From Bacillota bacterium (GTDB lineage Bacteria > Bacillota > Clostridia > Peptostreptococcales > Anaerovoracaceae), in NCBI GenBank assembly GCA_017394515.1, contig JAFPXY010000011.1, forward strand, positions 29,550-93,549: a DNA stretch of 64,000 bases, in the 5' to 3' direction. Below, piece after piece: positions 28,631-38,801 of the stretch. The translations under genes and the position numbers were made by a program. Each line of letters begins with the position of its first letter. Positions within the stretch are counted from its first letter, which is position 1. Below the pieces are notes generated by a model, which saw only the letters and a program-made list of their open reading frames with translations, made no database searches and had not been told where the DNA came from.

Positions 28631-29571
28631 TGGCAGATAAAATGGCAACACGTGAAGCTTATGGAAAGGTACTCCAGGAGCTCGGAGCTGAATATCCCAA
28701 TCTTGTAGTCCTCGATGCCGACCTTTCGGGATCAACCAAGACCGGAGAATTCAAAAAAGTATTTCCTGAGAGATTCTTTAACTTCGGTATCGCTGAGCAG
28801 AACATGTACGGTGCAGCTACAGGTCTCGCCTTATCCGGCAAGATCGTCTGCGCTTCCACCTTTGCTATGTTCGCTTCCGGAAGAGCTTTTGAAATAATCA
28901 GAAATTCAATAGGATATACACATGCAAACGTCAAAGTCTGCGCTACACACGCAGGTATCACCGTAGGCGAGGACGGAGCCTCCCACCAGACTTTCGAAGA
29001 TCTGGCACTCATGAGGACGATTCCCGGAATGACCGTGGTGAACCCTTCTGACGGAGCTTCTGCAAAGGAACTCTTAAGACAGGTAGTGGCCATGGAAGGA
29101 CCTTGCTACGTGAGACTCGGACGTGCTGCAGTTCCTTTCTTCTACGATGAAGAGAGCGCCAAGGAAATCAAGCTTGGCAAGGGTAACACCTTAAGGGAAG
29201 GTAAGGATGTTACCATTATAGCAACTGGAATCATGGTTTCTGAAGCCATGAAGGCAGCCGAAGAGCTGGCAATTGAAGGTATCGATTGTAGGGTCATCGA
29301 TATGCACACCATCAAGCCTCTCGATGAGGACATCATCATAAAGGCAGCTAAGGAGACCGGAGCCATTTTGACCTGTGAAGAACATTCCATCATTGGCGGC
29401 CTGGGTTCAGCTGTCGCAGAAGTCACTGCAACAAATTGTCCTTGTCAGCTGTATATGGTAGGGCAGAGGGATACTTTCGGAGAATCCGGAAGCCCTGAAG
29501 CACTCAAGGCAAAATATGGCATGACCGCATCGGATATCTATAAAGGGGTACATGTATTAATGAAAAAATAA
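28630..29571 (+). CDS. transketolase, C-terminal subunit
   Basis: The pyrimidine-binding and C-terminal transketolase domains are present. The start overlaps the upstream stop (TAATG). Confidence 0.85.
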   Translation: MADKMATREAYGKVLQELGAEYPNLVVLDADLSGSTKTGEFKKVFPERFFNFGIAEQNMYGAATGLALSGKIVCASTFAMFASGRAFEIIRNSIGYTHANVKVCATHAGITVGEDGASHQTFEDLALMRTIPGMTVVNPSDGASAKELLRQVVAMEGPCYVRLGRAAVPFFYDEESAKEIKLGKGNTLREGKDVTIIATGIMVSEAMKAAEELAIEGIDCRVIDMHTIKPLDEDIIIKAAKETGAILTCEEHSIIGGLGSAVAEVTATNCPCQLYMVGQRDTFGESGSPEALKAKYGMTASDIYKGVHVLMKK

Positions 29572-29622
29572 GGGGTGAAGAACGTGGGATTTGAGAATAT
29601 GAGGTTACAGGAGGGTTTTTTA

Positions 29623-30084
29623 ATGGATAAAATGAAGATCAAAGTAGGGGTGATAGGCATATCACCCGGGGCCGGTGAGACCTTTGTGGCCAGGGCTCTG
29701 GACTACTATCTTAATATCAAGGACGCGCCAAGGGTACTGGTCTCCAGGCCGGATAAATATGAAATAGTGGAAGATCCGGGATATCTGGGAGATCTGGATG
29801 TCATAGTCGGAGTCATAGATCCGCTTCCTTCGAGACTCAAGGAAGGCGTGCCCAAATTCGCTGTCCTTAAAGCCACCGAAGGAGTGCTTTGGCTGGTCAA
29901 TAAGGATAATACGGGAGTGGATCACAGGGAACTCAAAAAATTCCTTGAACTGGATGATTACTTCTCCCAGGAAGCGTTAAATTATGAAACCGTATGCAGG
30001 GCGGAATACAGCTGCGAAAAGGTGGAAAGAAGATACTCTTTAAAGGGTATAGAGAGTCTCGCTAATGAGATCAAAAAACTATGA
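29623..30084 (+). CDS. hypothetical protein with a degenerate ParA/MinD-like P-loop (Lys-less)
   Basis: KIKVGVIGISPGAGETF resembles a deviant Walker A lacking the Lys. DLDVIVGVIDP resembles the ParA Walker B region. The protein is only 154 aa. An RBS AGGAGG lies 7 nt upstream of ATG 29623. Confidence 0.4.
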   Translation: MDKMKIKVGVIGISPGAGETFVARALDYYLNIKDAPRVLVSRPDKYEIVEDPGYLGDLDVIVGVIDPLPSRLKEGVPKFAVLKATEGVLWLVNKDNTGVDHRELKKFLELDDYFSQEALNYETVCRAEYSCEKVERRYSLKGIESLANEIKKL

Positions 30085-30144
30085 GTAATTGTCCTTCGTG
30101 ATACGTACTATATTTGTAGATTCAGTGAATATTATAAATAATTC

Positions 30145-30173
30145 TTTATTTTTTCTACCAAATGTAGTATAAT
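30145..30173 (+). promoter_or_regulatory. putative promoter for ftsEX
   Basis: A weak -35 TTTATT, 17 bp, and TATAAT within tgtagTATAATac. Confidence 0.35.
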
Positions 30174-30204
30174 ACTTATAAGTATGACTTCAGGAGGTTG
30201 TGTC

Positions 30205-30900
30205 TTGATTACATTTGATCATGTAACAAAACTATATCGTCCGGGCGTTGGTCTGGATGACGTTTGCGTAAAGATAGATAAAGGCGAATTCGTATTCCTG
30301 GTAGGTCCTTCAGGAGCTGGAAAGTCCACTTTCGTTAAGCTTCTTTTAAAGGATCTGACTCCGGACAGCGGAAACATCCAGGTAGGCGATTATCACGTCA
30401 ATAAGCTTTCCAACAGAATGGTACCCAAGTACAGAAGAAAGATCGGAACCGTTTTCCAGGATTTCAAGCTTCTTCCTAAGAAGACCGCCTACGAAAACGT
30501 AGCCTTTGCCATGGAAGTGCTCCACAAGCCTTCCAGACAGATCAGGAAGCAGGTACCTCAGATACTCAGTCTGGTGGGAATATCTGACAAGGCTGACAAG
30601 TATCCTCACGAGCTGGCAGGCGGCGAACAGCAGAGAGTAGCCATAGCAAGAGCTATAGTGAACAATCCTCAGGTGCTGATCGCTGACGAGCCTACAGGAA
30701 ACCTTGACCCGGCAACAGCATGGGGAATCATGGATCTCCTGGACCAGATCAACTTAAGAGGAACCACAGTCATCATGGTGACTCACGCCAAGGAGATAGT
30801 TAACAAGATGGACAGAAGGATCATAGCCATAGATAAAGGCCGTGTTATCCACGACAGCAAAGAATACTATGCAGGCCCCATGGGAGGTGATGAAGAATGA
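30205..30900 (+). CDS. ftsE: cell division ATP-binding protein FtsE
   Basis: ABC ATPase motifs (GPSGAGKST; LAGGEQQRVAIARA). A probable TTG start at 30205 lies 7 nt after AGGAGG; the ORF track's ATG at 30184 sits upstream of the RBS. Confidence 0.85.
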   Translation: MITFDHVTKLYRPGVGLDDVCVKIDKGEFVFLVGPSGAGKSTFVKLLLKDLTPDSGNIQVGDYHVNKLSNRMVPKYRRKIGTVFQDFKLLPKKTAYENVAFAMEVLHKPSRQIRKQVPQILSLVGISDKADKYPHELAGGEQQRVAIARAIVNNPQVLIADEPTGNLDPATAWGIMDLLDQINLRGTTVIMVTHAKEIVNKMDRRIIAIDKGRVIHDSKEYYAGPMGGDEE

Positions 30901-31790
30901 TAGGAAGTTTGTTTTATAATATCAAGCAGGCTTTTGTTCAGATTTTCAGAAACCGCGGCATGAGCGCTGCATCTATTTTCTCAATTTTAGCCATGCTGCT
31001 GATTTTGGGACTGGTTTTCATTATAATTGTTAATGTAAACCTCTTCTCAGAGATAGTCAAACAGGATTATGACCAGGTAGAAGTATTCATTAAGGACGGA
31101 GCAACTCAGGCAGAGATTGATGAATGCATTGAAACTCTTAAGGCCAAACCCGGAGTTACCAATGTGACCTTCAGAAGCCAGGAAGACGCCTTAGCGATCA
31201 TGAAGGAACGCTGGGGAGAATCCGGATATCTGCTGGATTCCCTGGGCGAGAATCCTTTGCCGGCATCCATCATGATCGAAGTTGATTCTTTGGATAATGC
31301 ATCAAGCGTTGCCTCTGCAGCAGGTAAGTTCGAGATCATCGAAGACGTTCAGTATTACAAGGAGACGGTGGATAAACTCACTAAGATAACCCACTTCCTC
31401 CAAATCGCCTGCATGATAATCATGGCCTTCCTGGTAGTGGTATCCGTGGTAGTTGTATCCAACACCATCAAACTTACGGTAATGGCCAGATCGGATGAGA
31501 TCCACATCATGAGATATGTGGGAGCCAATAACTGGTTCATCAGAGGCCCGTTCATGGTAGAAGGCATCGTTATCGGCCTCATAGCTTCAGCAATTGCTTC
31601 AGGCGCCATCTGCCTTATTTACAAGAAACTGGTGGAAACCATCGGAGATCAGGTCTTTGCCATCGTTTCAAGTCCGCTTATTTCAGTTCAGTATATGACC
31701 GTTAACCTTACGATCATATTCGTAGCTCTCGGATGTTCCATAGGAGCATGGGGCAGCATCGTTTCCATGAGGAAGTATCTGAAAGCCTAA
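30897..31790 (+). CDS. ftsX: cell division permease FtsX
   Basis: Four TM helices with a large extracellular loop; overlaps the ftsE stop. Confidence 0.85.
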   Translation: MIGSLFYNIKQAFVQIFRNRGMSAASIFSILAMLLILGLVFIIIVNVNLFSEIVKQDYDQVEVFIKDGATQAEIDECIETLKAKPGVTNVTFRSQEDALAIMKERWGESGYLLDSLGENPLPASIMIEVDSLDNASSVASAAGKFEIIEDVQYYKETVDKLTKITHFLQIACMIIMAFLVVVSVVVVSNTIKLTVMARSDEIHIMRYVGANNWFIRGPFMVEGIVIGLIASAIASGAICLIYKKLVETIGDQVFAIVSSPLISVQYMTVNLTIIFVALGCSIGAWGSIVSMRKYLKA

Positions 31791-31811
31791 GTTAACAGGG
31801 GGAAAGTAGAA

Positions 31812-33056
31812 ATGAGAGATAACAAAAGGAATAACAGAATAGCTTGGTTTCTTATTCTGGCAGTGACTTTGACCTACTGCTTCGTTCCTTTCCTGGGACA
31901 GATCGGATCAAATACAGGATCAGTTGCATATGCACAGTCCTATCAGGATCAGATCGACCAGAAGAAGGAAGAAAAAGAAAACATAGACGATGCTCGTGAA
32001 GAGATCCAGGGCGAGATGAGCAAGGTCGCTGAGGAGATCAAACAGCTTCAGACAGAAGTTGATAATACCAACTATCAGATCAGCCTCACCACCCAGGAGA
32101 TCAAGAATACCGAATATCAGATCGAACTCAAGAAAGAGGAGATCAAGGATAAGAGGGATGAGATCAAGGATAAAGAGAAGGAGATCAAGCGCAAGCAGAA
32201 GGAGATCCAGAACCGTGAGAAAGGTCTCGACGAGAGACTGGTAGTTATGTATAAGAACGGCTCCGTCGGTTTCATGGATGTACTCATGGGTTCCAACAGT
32301 ATCTCCGAGTTCGTTTCCAACGTGGAAATGATCCAGAAGATCTACGAGAACGACGTTGATATCCTTAAGGTCCTGGAGAAGGAGCATAAGAAGCTCGAGA
32401 AGGAACACAAGGAACTGGAAGAGGAGAAGAAACAGCTTCAGGTCGAAGAAGAGAACTTAAAGGGCTTCCAGGCTGAGTTAGCTAAGAAAAAGGAAACCTT
32501 AAAGGGCCAGGTTGAGCAGCTCAACGAAAAGCAGGGCAAGCTCGATGAAAAGAAGAAATACCTTCAGAAGAAGGACGATGAACTGAAGGCTCAGGCAGAT
32601 GCTCTTATCAACGAGATCAAGAGACTGCAGGATGCTTCCAGAGTATATGAAGGTGGAGCCTTCACATGGCCTGTACCTTCATCCACATACATCTCATCCT
32701 CCTTCGGAGGCAGAATACATCCTATCTTCCGCACATGGAGAATGCACACCGGTACCGATATCGCTGCAAGCTATGGAGCTAATATCGTAGCTGCTGCATC
32801 CGGTAAGGTCATCATGGCATCCTGGTACGGCGGATATGGAAACTGCGTAATGATCGACCACGGCGTCAAGGACGGACAGAGCATCGTAACACTTTACGGA
32901 CACTGCTCATCCATTGCAGTATCTGTTGGTCAGGAAGTACAGAGAGGTCAGGTCGTAGCCTATGTAGGAAGCACCGGTAACTCCACTGGAAACCACTGTC
33001 ACTTTGAGGTGCGTCTCAACGGTAATTACGTAGACCCTATGCAATATTTCAGATAA
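31812..33056 (+). CDS. coiled-coil M23/LytM peptidoglycan endopeptidase (PcsB/EnvC-like FtsEX partner)
   Basis: Has a signal peptide, a long N-terminal coiled coil, and a C-terminal M23 domain (HTGTDIAA...GNHCHFEV). Confidence 0.85.
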   Translation: MRDNKRNNRIAWFLILAVTLTYCFVPFLGQIGSNTGSVAYAQSYQDQIDQKKEEKENIDDAREEIQGEMSKVAEEIKQLQTEVDNTNYQISLTTQEIKNTEYQIELKKEEIKDKRDEIKDKEKEIKRKQKEIQNREKGLDERLVVMYKNGSVGFMDVLMGSNSISEFVSNVEMIQKIYENDVDILKVLEKEHKKLEKEHKELEEEKKQLQVEEENLKGFQAELAKKKETLKGQVEQLNEKQGKLDEKKKYLQKKDDELKAQADALINEIKRLQDASRVYEGGAFTWPVPSSTYISSSFGGRIHPIFRTWRMHTGTDIAASYGANIVAAASGKVIMASWYGGYGNCVMIDHGVKDGQSIVTLYGHCSSIAVSVGQEVQRGQVVAYVGSTGNSTGNHCHFEVRLNGNYVDPMQYFR

Positions 33057-33065
33057 ACTATTAAA

Positions 33066-34721
33066 ATGCAGATCAACCAAATTATAAGAGAATTATTGGC
33101 AAAACGCGGTATCGAATCAGAAGATGAGATATTAGAGTTTTTGTCTGCAAGTCCCAAGAAAACCCACGATCCGCTTCTGCTTCCAGACATGGAAGCAGGT
33201 GCGGATTTAATAATAAGTGAGATCAAAAAAGGCTCCAGGATCATGATCTACGGCGACTACGATGCCGATGGCATCACCGCCACCACTCTCATGATGAGCG
33301 TTCTGGGTCATCTGATGCAGGACAGGCCACAGGATCTCAGCTATTATATCCCATCCAGATTTGAAGAAGGTTACGGGCTCAATTGTGATGCCATCAAAAC
33401 CATTAAAGAGCAGGGCTTCGACTTCATAATAACCGTAGACTGCGGAAGCGTATCCAAGGATGAGGTCAAGTACGCTGAAGAACTGGGTTTAAAAGTCCTG
33501 GTCACAGACCATCACAACATAACGGATAAGCAGGCGGAGTGTCTTTTGATCAATCCTAAGAAGCCCGGAAGCGAATATCCTTTCAAGGATCTCTGCGGAT
33601 GCGGAGTCGCCTTCAAGGTAGCCCAGGTGCTTCAGCGCAAGACGGGACTCCCTAAAAGGGTGCTGACGGAGGTGCTGGACCTGGTTGCCATAGGAACCAT
33701 AGGCGATATCATGCCCTTAAGAGACGAAAACAGATCTCTCGTAAAATACGGCATGAAGGTTATGAACCAGGGACATCGCCCTGGACTCAAGGAGCTTATC
33801 GTAGAAGCCGGACTGGTGCCCGGGACCATAGATTCCGAAAACATCGGCTACGTCATAGTACCGCACCTCAACGCCACAGGCAGGATAGAAGACGCTTCTG
33901 AAGCGGTGAAACTTCTGATGGCTGCAGAGGATGATCCGACACTTCCGGAACTCGTGACGAACCTGATCTACAAAAATCGCGAGCGCAAAAGACTCCAGGC
34001 GGAGACTTACAAGAGATGTCTGAGCCTTGTGGATGGCGAGGACTTCATGCTGATCAGATGCGACGACGCTCACGAAGGAATAGCGGGCATCGTTGCGGGC
34101 AAGATAAAGGACGCTTTTTACAGACCTACCGCCATCGTAATGCCCACCCAGGGTGAGGAAGGCATCTTGAAAGGAACTGGCAGAAGCATTGAAGGAGTGA
34201 GCTTATACGACCTTCTCAAGAAGAACGAGGATCTCTTCATAAAGTTCGGAGGACACAGCGGAGCCTGCGGCTTCACTATGAAGGAAGAATACTTCGATGT
34301 GCTTAAGGAGAATCTTTTGAGAGATACAGCGGAGATAAAGGAGAATGATCCTGAACTCTTCGTAAGGTCCTACCCCTATGATCTCACGGTCGGACCTTCA
34401 GATATAGATTTGAACCTGGCTGAACAGCTCAACCTTCTGGCACCCTTCGGAAACGGCAATCCCAAACCCGTATTCATGATCGAAGGAGTGTACATCATCG
34501 ACAAGAGATTCCTGGGAGATGAAGGCCAGCATCTGAAATTTGCCGTCAGGGATGAAGAGGGCAATGTACTCTCATGTATTCTTTTCAACAGGGCTCAACG
34601 TTTCAAAGACAAACTGGAATTGAACCGCAAGTACAATATTATAGGCTCTGTGGAGATAAATGAGTGGCATGGCAAAAAAAGATTGCAAAGTATTGTAGAA
34701 AACATAATTGACTACAAGTGA
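33066..34721 (+). CDS. recJ: single-stranded-DNA-specific exonuclease RecJ
   Basis: DHH motifs (IYGDYDADGITAT; VTDHH) and a DHHA1 domain (GGHSGACG). Confidence 0.85.
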   Translation: MQINQIIRELLAKRGIESEDEILEFLSASPKKTHDPLLLPDMEAGADLIISEIKKGSRIMIYGDYDADGITATTLMMSVLGHLMQDRPQDLSYYIPSRFEEGYGLNCDAIKTIKEQGFDFIITVDCGSVSKDEVKYAEELGLKVLVTDHHNITDKQAECLLINPKKPGSEYPFKDLCGCGVAFKVAQVLQRKTGLPKRVLTEVLDLVAIGTIGDIMPLRDENRSLVKYGMKVMNQGHRPGLKELIVEAGLVPGTIDSENIGYVIVPHLNATGRIEDASEAVKLLMAAEDDPTLPELVTNLIYKNRERKRLQAETYKRCLSLVDGEDFMLIRCDDAHEGIAGIVAGKIKDAFYRPTAIVMPTQGEEGILKGTGRSIEGVSLYDLLKKNEDLFIKFGGHSGACGFTMKEEYFDVLKENLLRDTAEIKENDPELFVRSYPYDLTVGPSDIDLNLAEQLNLLAPFGNGNPKPVFMIEGVYIIDKRFLGDEGQHLKFAVRDEEGNVLSCILFNRAQRFKDKLELNRKYNIIGSVEINEWHGKKRLQSIVENIIDYK

Positions 34722-34789
34722 TAAAAGGGGTATAATGCTTTTAGAGTTTAATATAGAAAAGCATTAAATTTTAAAAGTAGGAGGAAGAT

Positions 34790-35098
34790 ATGGCATACGA
34801 ATCAAGATTCCAAAGAGAAGATATCGATGAACTGTTTGAAGCAGTCCTTACATTGGAAGATCTAGAAGATTGCTATAGATTTTTTGAGGATATCTGCACA
34901 ATAAACGAAATCTATTCCATCGCACAGAGACTCAGAGTTGCTAAGCTTTTGTCCGAGAAGAAGACATACATGGAGATAGCTGCCGAGACAAACGCTTCCA
35001 CCGCTACTATTTCAAGGATCAACAAGTGCCTTGTATATGGAGCAGATGGCTACAAGAGAGTGCTTGAGAGACTCAGCGAGAAAGAAGAGGATAAATGA
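34790..35098 (+). CDS. YerC/YecD family TrpR-like DNA-binding protein
   Basis: 102 aa. The conserved segment ...QRLRVAKLL...TYMEIAAETNASTATISRINKCL matches the YerC family. Confidence 0.75.
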   Translation: MAYESRFQREDIDELFEAVLTLEDLEDCYRFFEDICTINEIYSIAQRLRVAKLLSEKKTYMEIAAETNASTATISRINKCLVYGADGYKRVLERLSEKEEDK

Positions 35099-35670
35099 TT
35101 TTTAACGTCTATATATACGAGGGGACAACTTCCGGTGAGGGGTTGTCCCATAGCCTTGCCTCAGATGCGGTAAAGAAATACTGTCTGGGGAAAGGTATAT
35201 CTTTTGATGTGGAAAAAAACGGATGGGCAGAAGGAGAGAAAGGAAAACCTTACTTCACAGATCTGCCTGTCCATTTTAACGTTAGCCATTCTGGAGAACT
35301 TTGGGTCTGCATGGTTGGAGACAGCCCCTGCGGCATTGATATCCAAGTAGGGCAGGAGATGAATGTCAGAAAGTATGACAAGATTATCCAGAGGTACTTC
35401 ACCATGAATGAGCAGCTTTTCTGTGAGAAATATGGCACAGAAGGATTCTTTAGAGTCTGGGCTCACAGGGAAGCCTATGGCAAATACACGGGAGAAGGAT
35501 TCTACGGCAATATGCCGGATTTCGTAGGCGATGACGGCTTCCTGAATATCGAAGTCAAGATCCCCGGAACCGACAAATCCGTATACATTAAGGATGAACC
35601 TATCGGCCCCGATATCTATCTGGCCTATTGCTCCGAAGGCGAAGACGATTACGTGGTATTTATGGAGTGA
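35095..35670 (+). CDS. 4'-phosphopantetheinyl transferase (Sfp/AcpT-type)
   Basis: Carries the PPTase motifs GKPYF, FNVSHSG and GIDIQ. Confidence 0.7.
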   Translation: MIFNVYIYEGTTSGEGLSHSLASDAVKKYCLGKGISFDVEKNGWAEGEKGKPYFTDLPVHFNVSHSGELWVCMVGDSPCGIDIQVGQEMNVRKYDKIIQRYFTMNEQLFCEKYGTEGFFRVWAHREAYGKYTGEGFYGNMPDFVGDDGFLNIEVKIPGTDKSVYIKDEPIGPDIYLAYCSEGEDDYVVFME

Positions 35671-35672
35671 TC

Positions 35673-36200
35673 ATGGGCGAGAGAACTTGTATGGAAGCGG
35701 CTTTAGCCAAGCTGAACTACAGAATGAGGACAGAGGCCGAACTTGAAAAGTCTCTCAAAGAGCTCGGATACACAGAGGAAGATATCGAAGCTACGCTGGA
35801 GGAACTTAAAACCTTCGGCTATGTGGATGATGAGAGATATGTACGGGAGTTCTACAGAACATCCAGACGTAAATCCTGGTCCAGAAGCCGGATAGTAAGG
35901 GCTCTCCGAGAGAAAGGGATCTCAGGAAGCTTGGCTAATGATACCATTGACGACTTTGAGGATTCCGTTGAGTTTACGGATCTGGGGCTTTCTCAGGATG
36001 AGAGAGAACTGGCTCTTAAGGTAGGCCGTGACATGGCAAGAGTCCAGATGGGAAGAGATAAACCCATGGACGATAATTTTCTTAAAAAGGTAGGACGAAG
36101 GCTCACATCCCTTGGTTATGACACGGGATGTTGCTTTTATGTCATGAATAAACTTAAGGACGAGGCTCGCTCCATGCCCGAAGGAGAGGATGAACTATGA
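35673..36200 (+). CDS. recX: RecA regulator RecX
   Basis: A three-helix-repeat protein with a RecX-like pattern (GYVDDERYVREFYR ...). The internal start at 35673 is chosen to avoid a long overlap. Confidence 0.7.
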   Translation: MGERTCMEAALAKLNYRMRTEAELEKSLKELGYTEEDIEATLEELKTFGYVDDERYVREFYRTSRRKSWSRSRIVRALREKGISGSLANDTIDDFEDSVEFTDLGLSQDERELALKVGRDMARVQMGRDKPMDDNFLKKVGRRLTSLGYDTGCCFYVMNKLKDEARSMPEGEDEL

Positions 36201-36775
36201 ATATTTGTCTCTATGGATCTTCCAGCCCGGAGCTGGAACAGATCTACTATGATAAAGCATATGAACTTGGAGAGGTGATAGCCAGAAGAGGACACACCCT
36301 GATCTTCGGCGGAGGAGAGCAGGGTCTTATGGGTGCCTGTGTGAGAGGTTTGGAATCTCTCGGGGGCAAGGCCATTGGTGTAGCTCCTAGGTTTTTTGAT
36401 CTTCCGGGGATCCTTCACAAGGAGTGCCACGAATTCATCTTTACCGATAACATGAGGGACAGAAAGCAGATCATGGAGGAGAAGTCGGATGCCTTCGTAA
36501 TAGTTCCGGGTGGAGTCGGAACCTTTGAGGAGTTCTTTGAGACCTTCACACTTAAGCAGCTGGGGCAGATAAACAAGCCTATCGCTATGCTTAATGTAGA
36601 AGGTTACTTCGACATGATAAAGGCTCTCATGGACAGGACCATAGAGAAGGGCTTCATGAAAAAGATCTGTGCCGATCTCTACGGCATCTTCGATGATCCG
36701 GAGAAACTTCTGGACTATATCGAAAACGTCCATGAAGAACCCATGGACGTGTACACACTTAAATTAGGAAAATAA
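36197..36775 (+). CDS. LOG family protein (cytokinin riboside 5'-monophosphate phosphoribohydrolase-like, TIGR00730)
   Basis: Carries the motifs GGGEQGLMG and PGGVGTFEE. Confidence 0.8.
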   Translation: MNICLYGSSSPELEQIYYDKAYELGEVIARRGHTLIFGGGEQGLMGACVRGLESLGGKAIGVAPRFFDLPGILHKECHEFIFTDNMRDRKQIMEEKSDAFVIVPGGVGTFEEFFETFTLKQLGQINKPIAMLNVEGYFDMIKALMDRTIEKGFMKKICADLYGIFDDPEKLLDYIENVHEEPMDVYTLKLGK

Positions 36776-36778
36776 AAA

Positions 36779-36803
36779 GGCGTCCCCTTAAAGGAAACGC
36801 CTG
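36779..36803 (-). terminator. terminator of tRNA-Pro (minus strand)
   Basis: On the minus strand the hairpin AGGCGTTTCCtttaaGGGGACGCCT is followed by TTTTTT. Confidence 0.6.
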
Positions 36804-36804
36804 A

Positions 36805-36881
<77 letters not shown>

Positions 36882-36893
36882 ACGAACAGAAAT

Positions 36894-36922
36894 ATAATAT
36901 CACATAAGAAAAATAATTTCAA
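36894..36922 (-). promoter_or_regulatory. promoter for tRNA-Pro
   Basis: On the minus strand: TTGAAA, 17 bp, TATTAT, ending about 10 nt before the tRNA 5' end. Confidence 0.5.
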
Positions 36923-36944
36923 GTATTAGTTAAAAGGATTTATT

Positions 36945-37694
36945 ATGAAACTGATTTCATGGAACGTAAACGGACTGAGAGCGGTCATGGGCAAGAACTT
37001 TATGGAGTTCTTCAATGAAATAGACGCGGATTGTTTTTGCCTTCAGGAGACCAAGCTCCAGAAAGGGCAGATAGAGATGGATATCCCTGGATACCATGAG
37101 TACTGGAACTACGCGGATAAGAAGGGTTACTCAGGCACGGCCATCTTCACCAAGAGAGAACCTCTCTCCGTGACCTATGGCATGGGCATCGATGAGCACG
37201 ATCACGAGGGCAGAGTCATCACTCTGGAGTTCGATGACTTTTATCTGATCACCGTATATACGCCTAATTCTCAGGACGAACTGAAGAGGCTTGACTACCG
37301 CATGAAATGGGAGGATGACTTCCATGCATATCTCAAGGGACTTGAGAAGACCAAGCCTGTAGTTTTTTGCGGAGATCTTAACGTGGCTCATCAGGAGATC
37401 GACCTTAAGAATCCCAAGACCAACAGGAGAAACGCCGGTTTCACCGATGAGGAAAGGTCAAAGATGACAGCCCTCACGGAGGACGGCTTCATAGATACCT
37501 TCAGGTATTTCTATCCTGAGCAGATCACCTATTCCTGGTGGTCATACAGATTCAAAGCCAGAGAAAAGAACGCCGGATGGCGCATCGACTATTTCCTCTG
37601 CTCTGAAAGCCTTAAGGACAGATTAAAAGACGCTAAAATACATACAGAGGTCATGGGCTCAGACCATTGCCCTGTAGAGTTAGATATTGAATGA
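36945..37694 (+). CDS. exoA: exodeoxyribonuclease III (AP endonuclease)
   Basis: Has the EEP-family N-terminus [13 protein letters not shown] and the C-terminal SDHCPV motif. Confidence 0.88.
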   Translation: MKLISWNVNGLRAVMGKNFMEFFNEIDADCFCLQETKLQKGQIEMDIPGYHEYWNYADKKGYSGTAIFTKREPLSVTYGMGIDEHDHEGRVITLEFDDFYLITVYTPNSQDELKRLDYRMKWEDDFHAYLKGLEKTKPVVFCGDLNVAHQEIDLKNPKTNRRNAGFTDEERSKMTALTEDGFIDTFRYFYPEQITYSWWSYRFKAREKNAGWRIDYFLCSESLKDRLKDAKIHTEVMGSDHCPVELDIE

Positions 37695-37713
37695 TTTTGA
37701 GGAAAGGAAAATT

Positions 37714-38394
37714 ATGTCAGAAAACATCAGCGCATCGAAGATGCTTTATGAACTGCAGGAAGCAGGAAGAGAACAGATGGAAAAGGAGAAGCCATCTGTA
37801 GATGATCTTTTGGATCGCAACATAGCACTTATGGTAAATAGGATAGATATGGTCATGAGACGCAATGTATCTGAAGACGAGGAGGTAACCTATATCTCCA
37901 ATCCTTGTCCTTCAGACAGGGCCACACTTCTCAGGGTCTACGAGGCCAAGGTAGGGGATGAACAGGTAGCTTACGCTTCATCCATCTGGACCGTGGTAAA
38001 CTTCAAGAGCAGAAAGATCTTAAAGGTCAAAGAGATCAACATGAAGAAATACACCATGGCTAAGTACAGAAATCCCTTCGGAGACAGAAAGTTCAAGATC
38101 ACACCGGAGGAAGAGATGGCCATGGAGGAGGTTGGAACCTTCAAGGTTGGCAGGGAATACATGGACGACAACGGTCACATGAACAATATCAAGTACCTGG
38201 AGCACGTGGAGGAACACATTCCTGAACTTAAGGATGGCGCATATCTAAAGGAGATCCGTCTCCACTTCATGAAAGAGGCCCTTTACGATGAGGAGTTAAA
38301 AATAAAACGCCTCCAAAAAGAAGGCGCTTATTACTTCCGCATGTACAAGCCTGACGGTGAGGCCAATTTCGAATGCGAGATATTTACTTCTTAA
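37714..38394 (+). CDS. acyl-ACP thioesterase-like hotdog-fold protein
   Basis: The C-terminal hotdog region carries a D.NGHMNN..Y motif. The size (about 226 aa) fits PF01643-like thioesterases. The RBS AGGAAAGGA lies upstream of ATG 37714. Confidence 0.45.
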   Translation: MSENISASKMLYELQEAGREQMEKEKPSVDDLLDRNIALMVNRIDMVMRRNVSEDEEVTYISNPCPSDRATLLRVYEAKVGDEQVAYASSIWTVVNFKSRKILKVKEINMKKYTMAKYRNPFGDRKFKITPEEEMAMEEVGTFKVGREYMDDNGHMNNIKYLEHVEEHIPELKDGAYLKEIRLHFMKEALYDEELKIKRLQKEGAYYFRMYKPDGEANFECEIFTS

Positions 38395-38776
38395 GAAGGT
38401 CTCTGATCTCGCTCAAAAGCTGAATATCTTCGGGAACAGCCGGCTCTTCTTCAGGAGCCGGTTCTTCTTCTTTCTTCTTGCTTTCTTCCCACTTGTTGAA
38501 AGCCTTGATGATGAAGAAAAGAACTATAGCGGTGATGAGGAAGGTGATGATGGCATTGATAAGGTTGCCGATCATGATCTGTGCATCACCGATGCCGAAG
38601 GACACCTTTGAAAAGTCAACTCCGCCAAGGATGAGACCAATGATGGGGCTGATGATGTCAGCTACAACGGAATTGATGATGGCTGTGAAAGCACCGCCGA
38701 TGATGATGCCTACTGCCATGGTCATTACATTGCCTTTAGCGATGAATTCTTTGAATTCTGTCATAAATTTCTTCAT
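38384..38776 (-). CDS. mscL: large-conductance mechanosensitive channel
   Basis: MKKFMTEFKEFIAKGNVMTMAVGIIIGGAFTAIINS matches the MscL consensus, and the length is 130 aa. The annotated upstream extension lacks an RBS; the start at 38776 is preceded by GGAGGA. Confidence 0.85.
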   Translation of the reverse strand: MKKFMTEFKEFIAKGNVMTMAVGIIIGGAFTAIINSVVADIISPIIGLILGGVDFSKVSFGIGDAQIMIGNLINAIITFLITAIVLFFIIKAFNKWEESKKKEEEPAPEEEPAVPEDIQLLSEIRDLLKK

Positions 38777-38801
38777 AGTATAAGTCCTCCTATAAAAAAC
38801 A

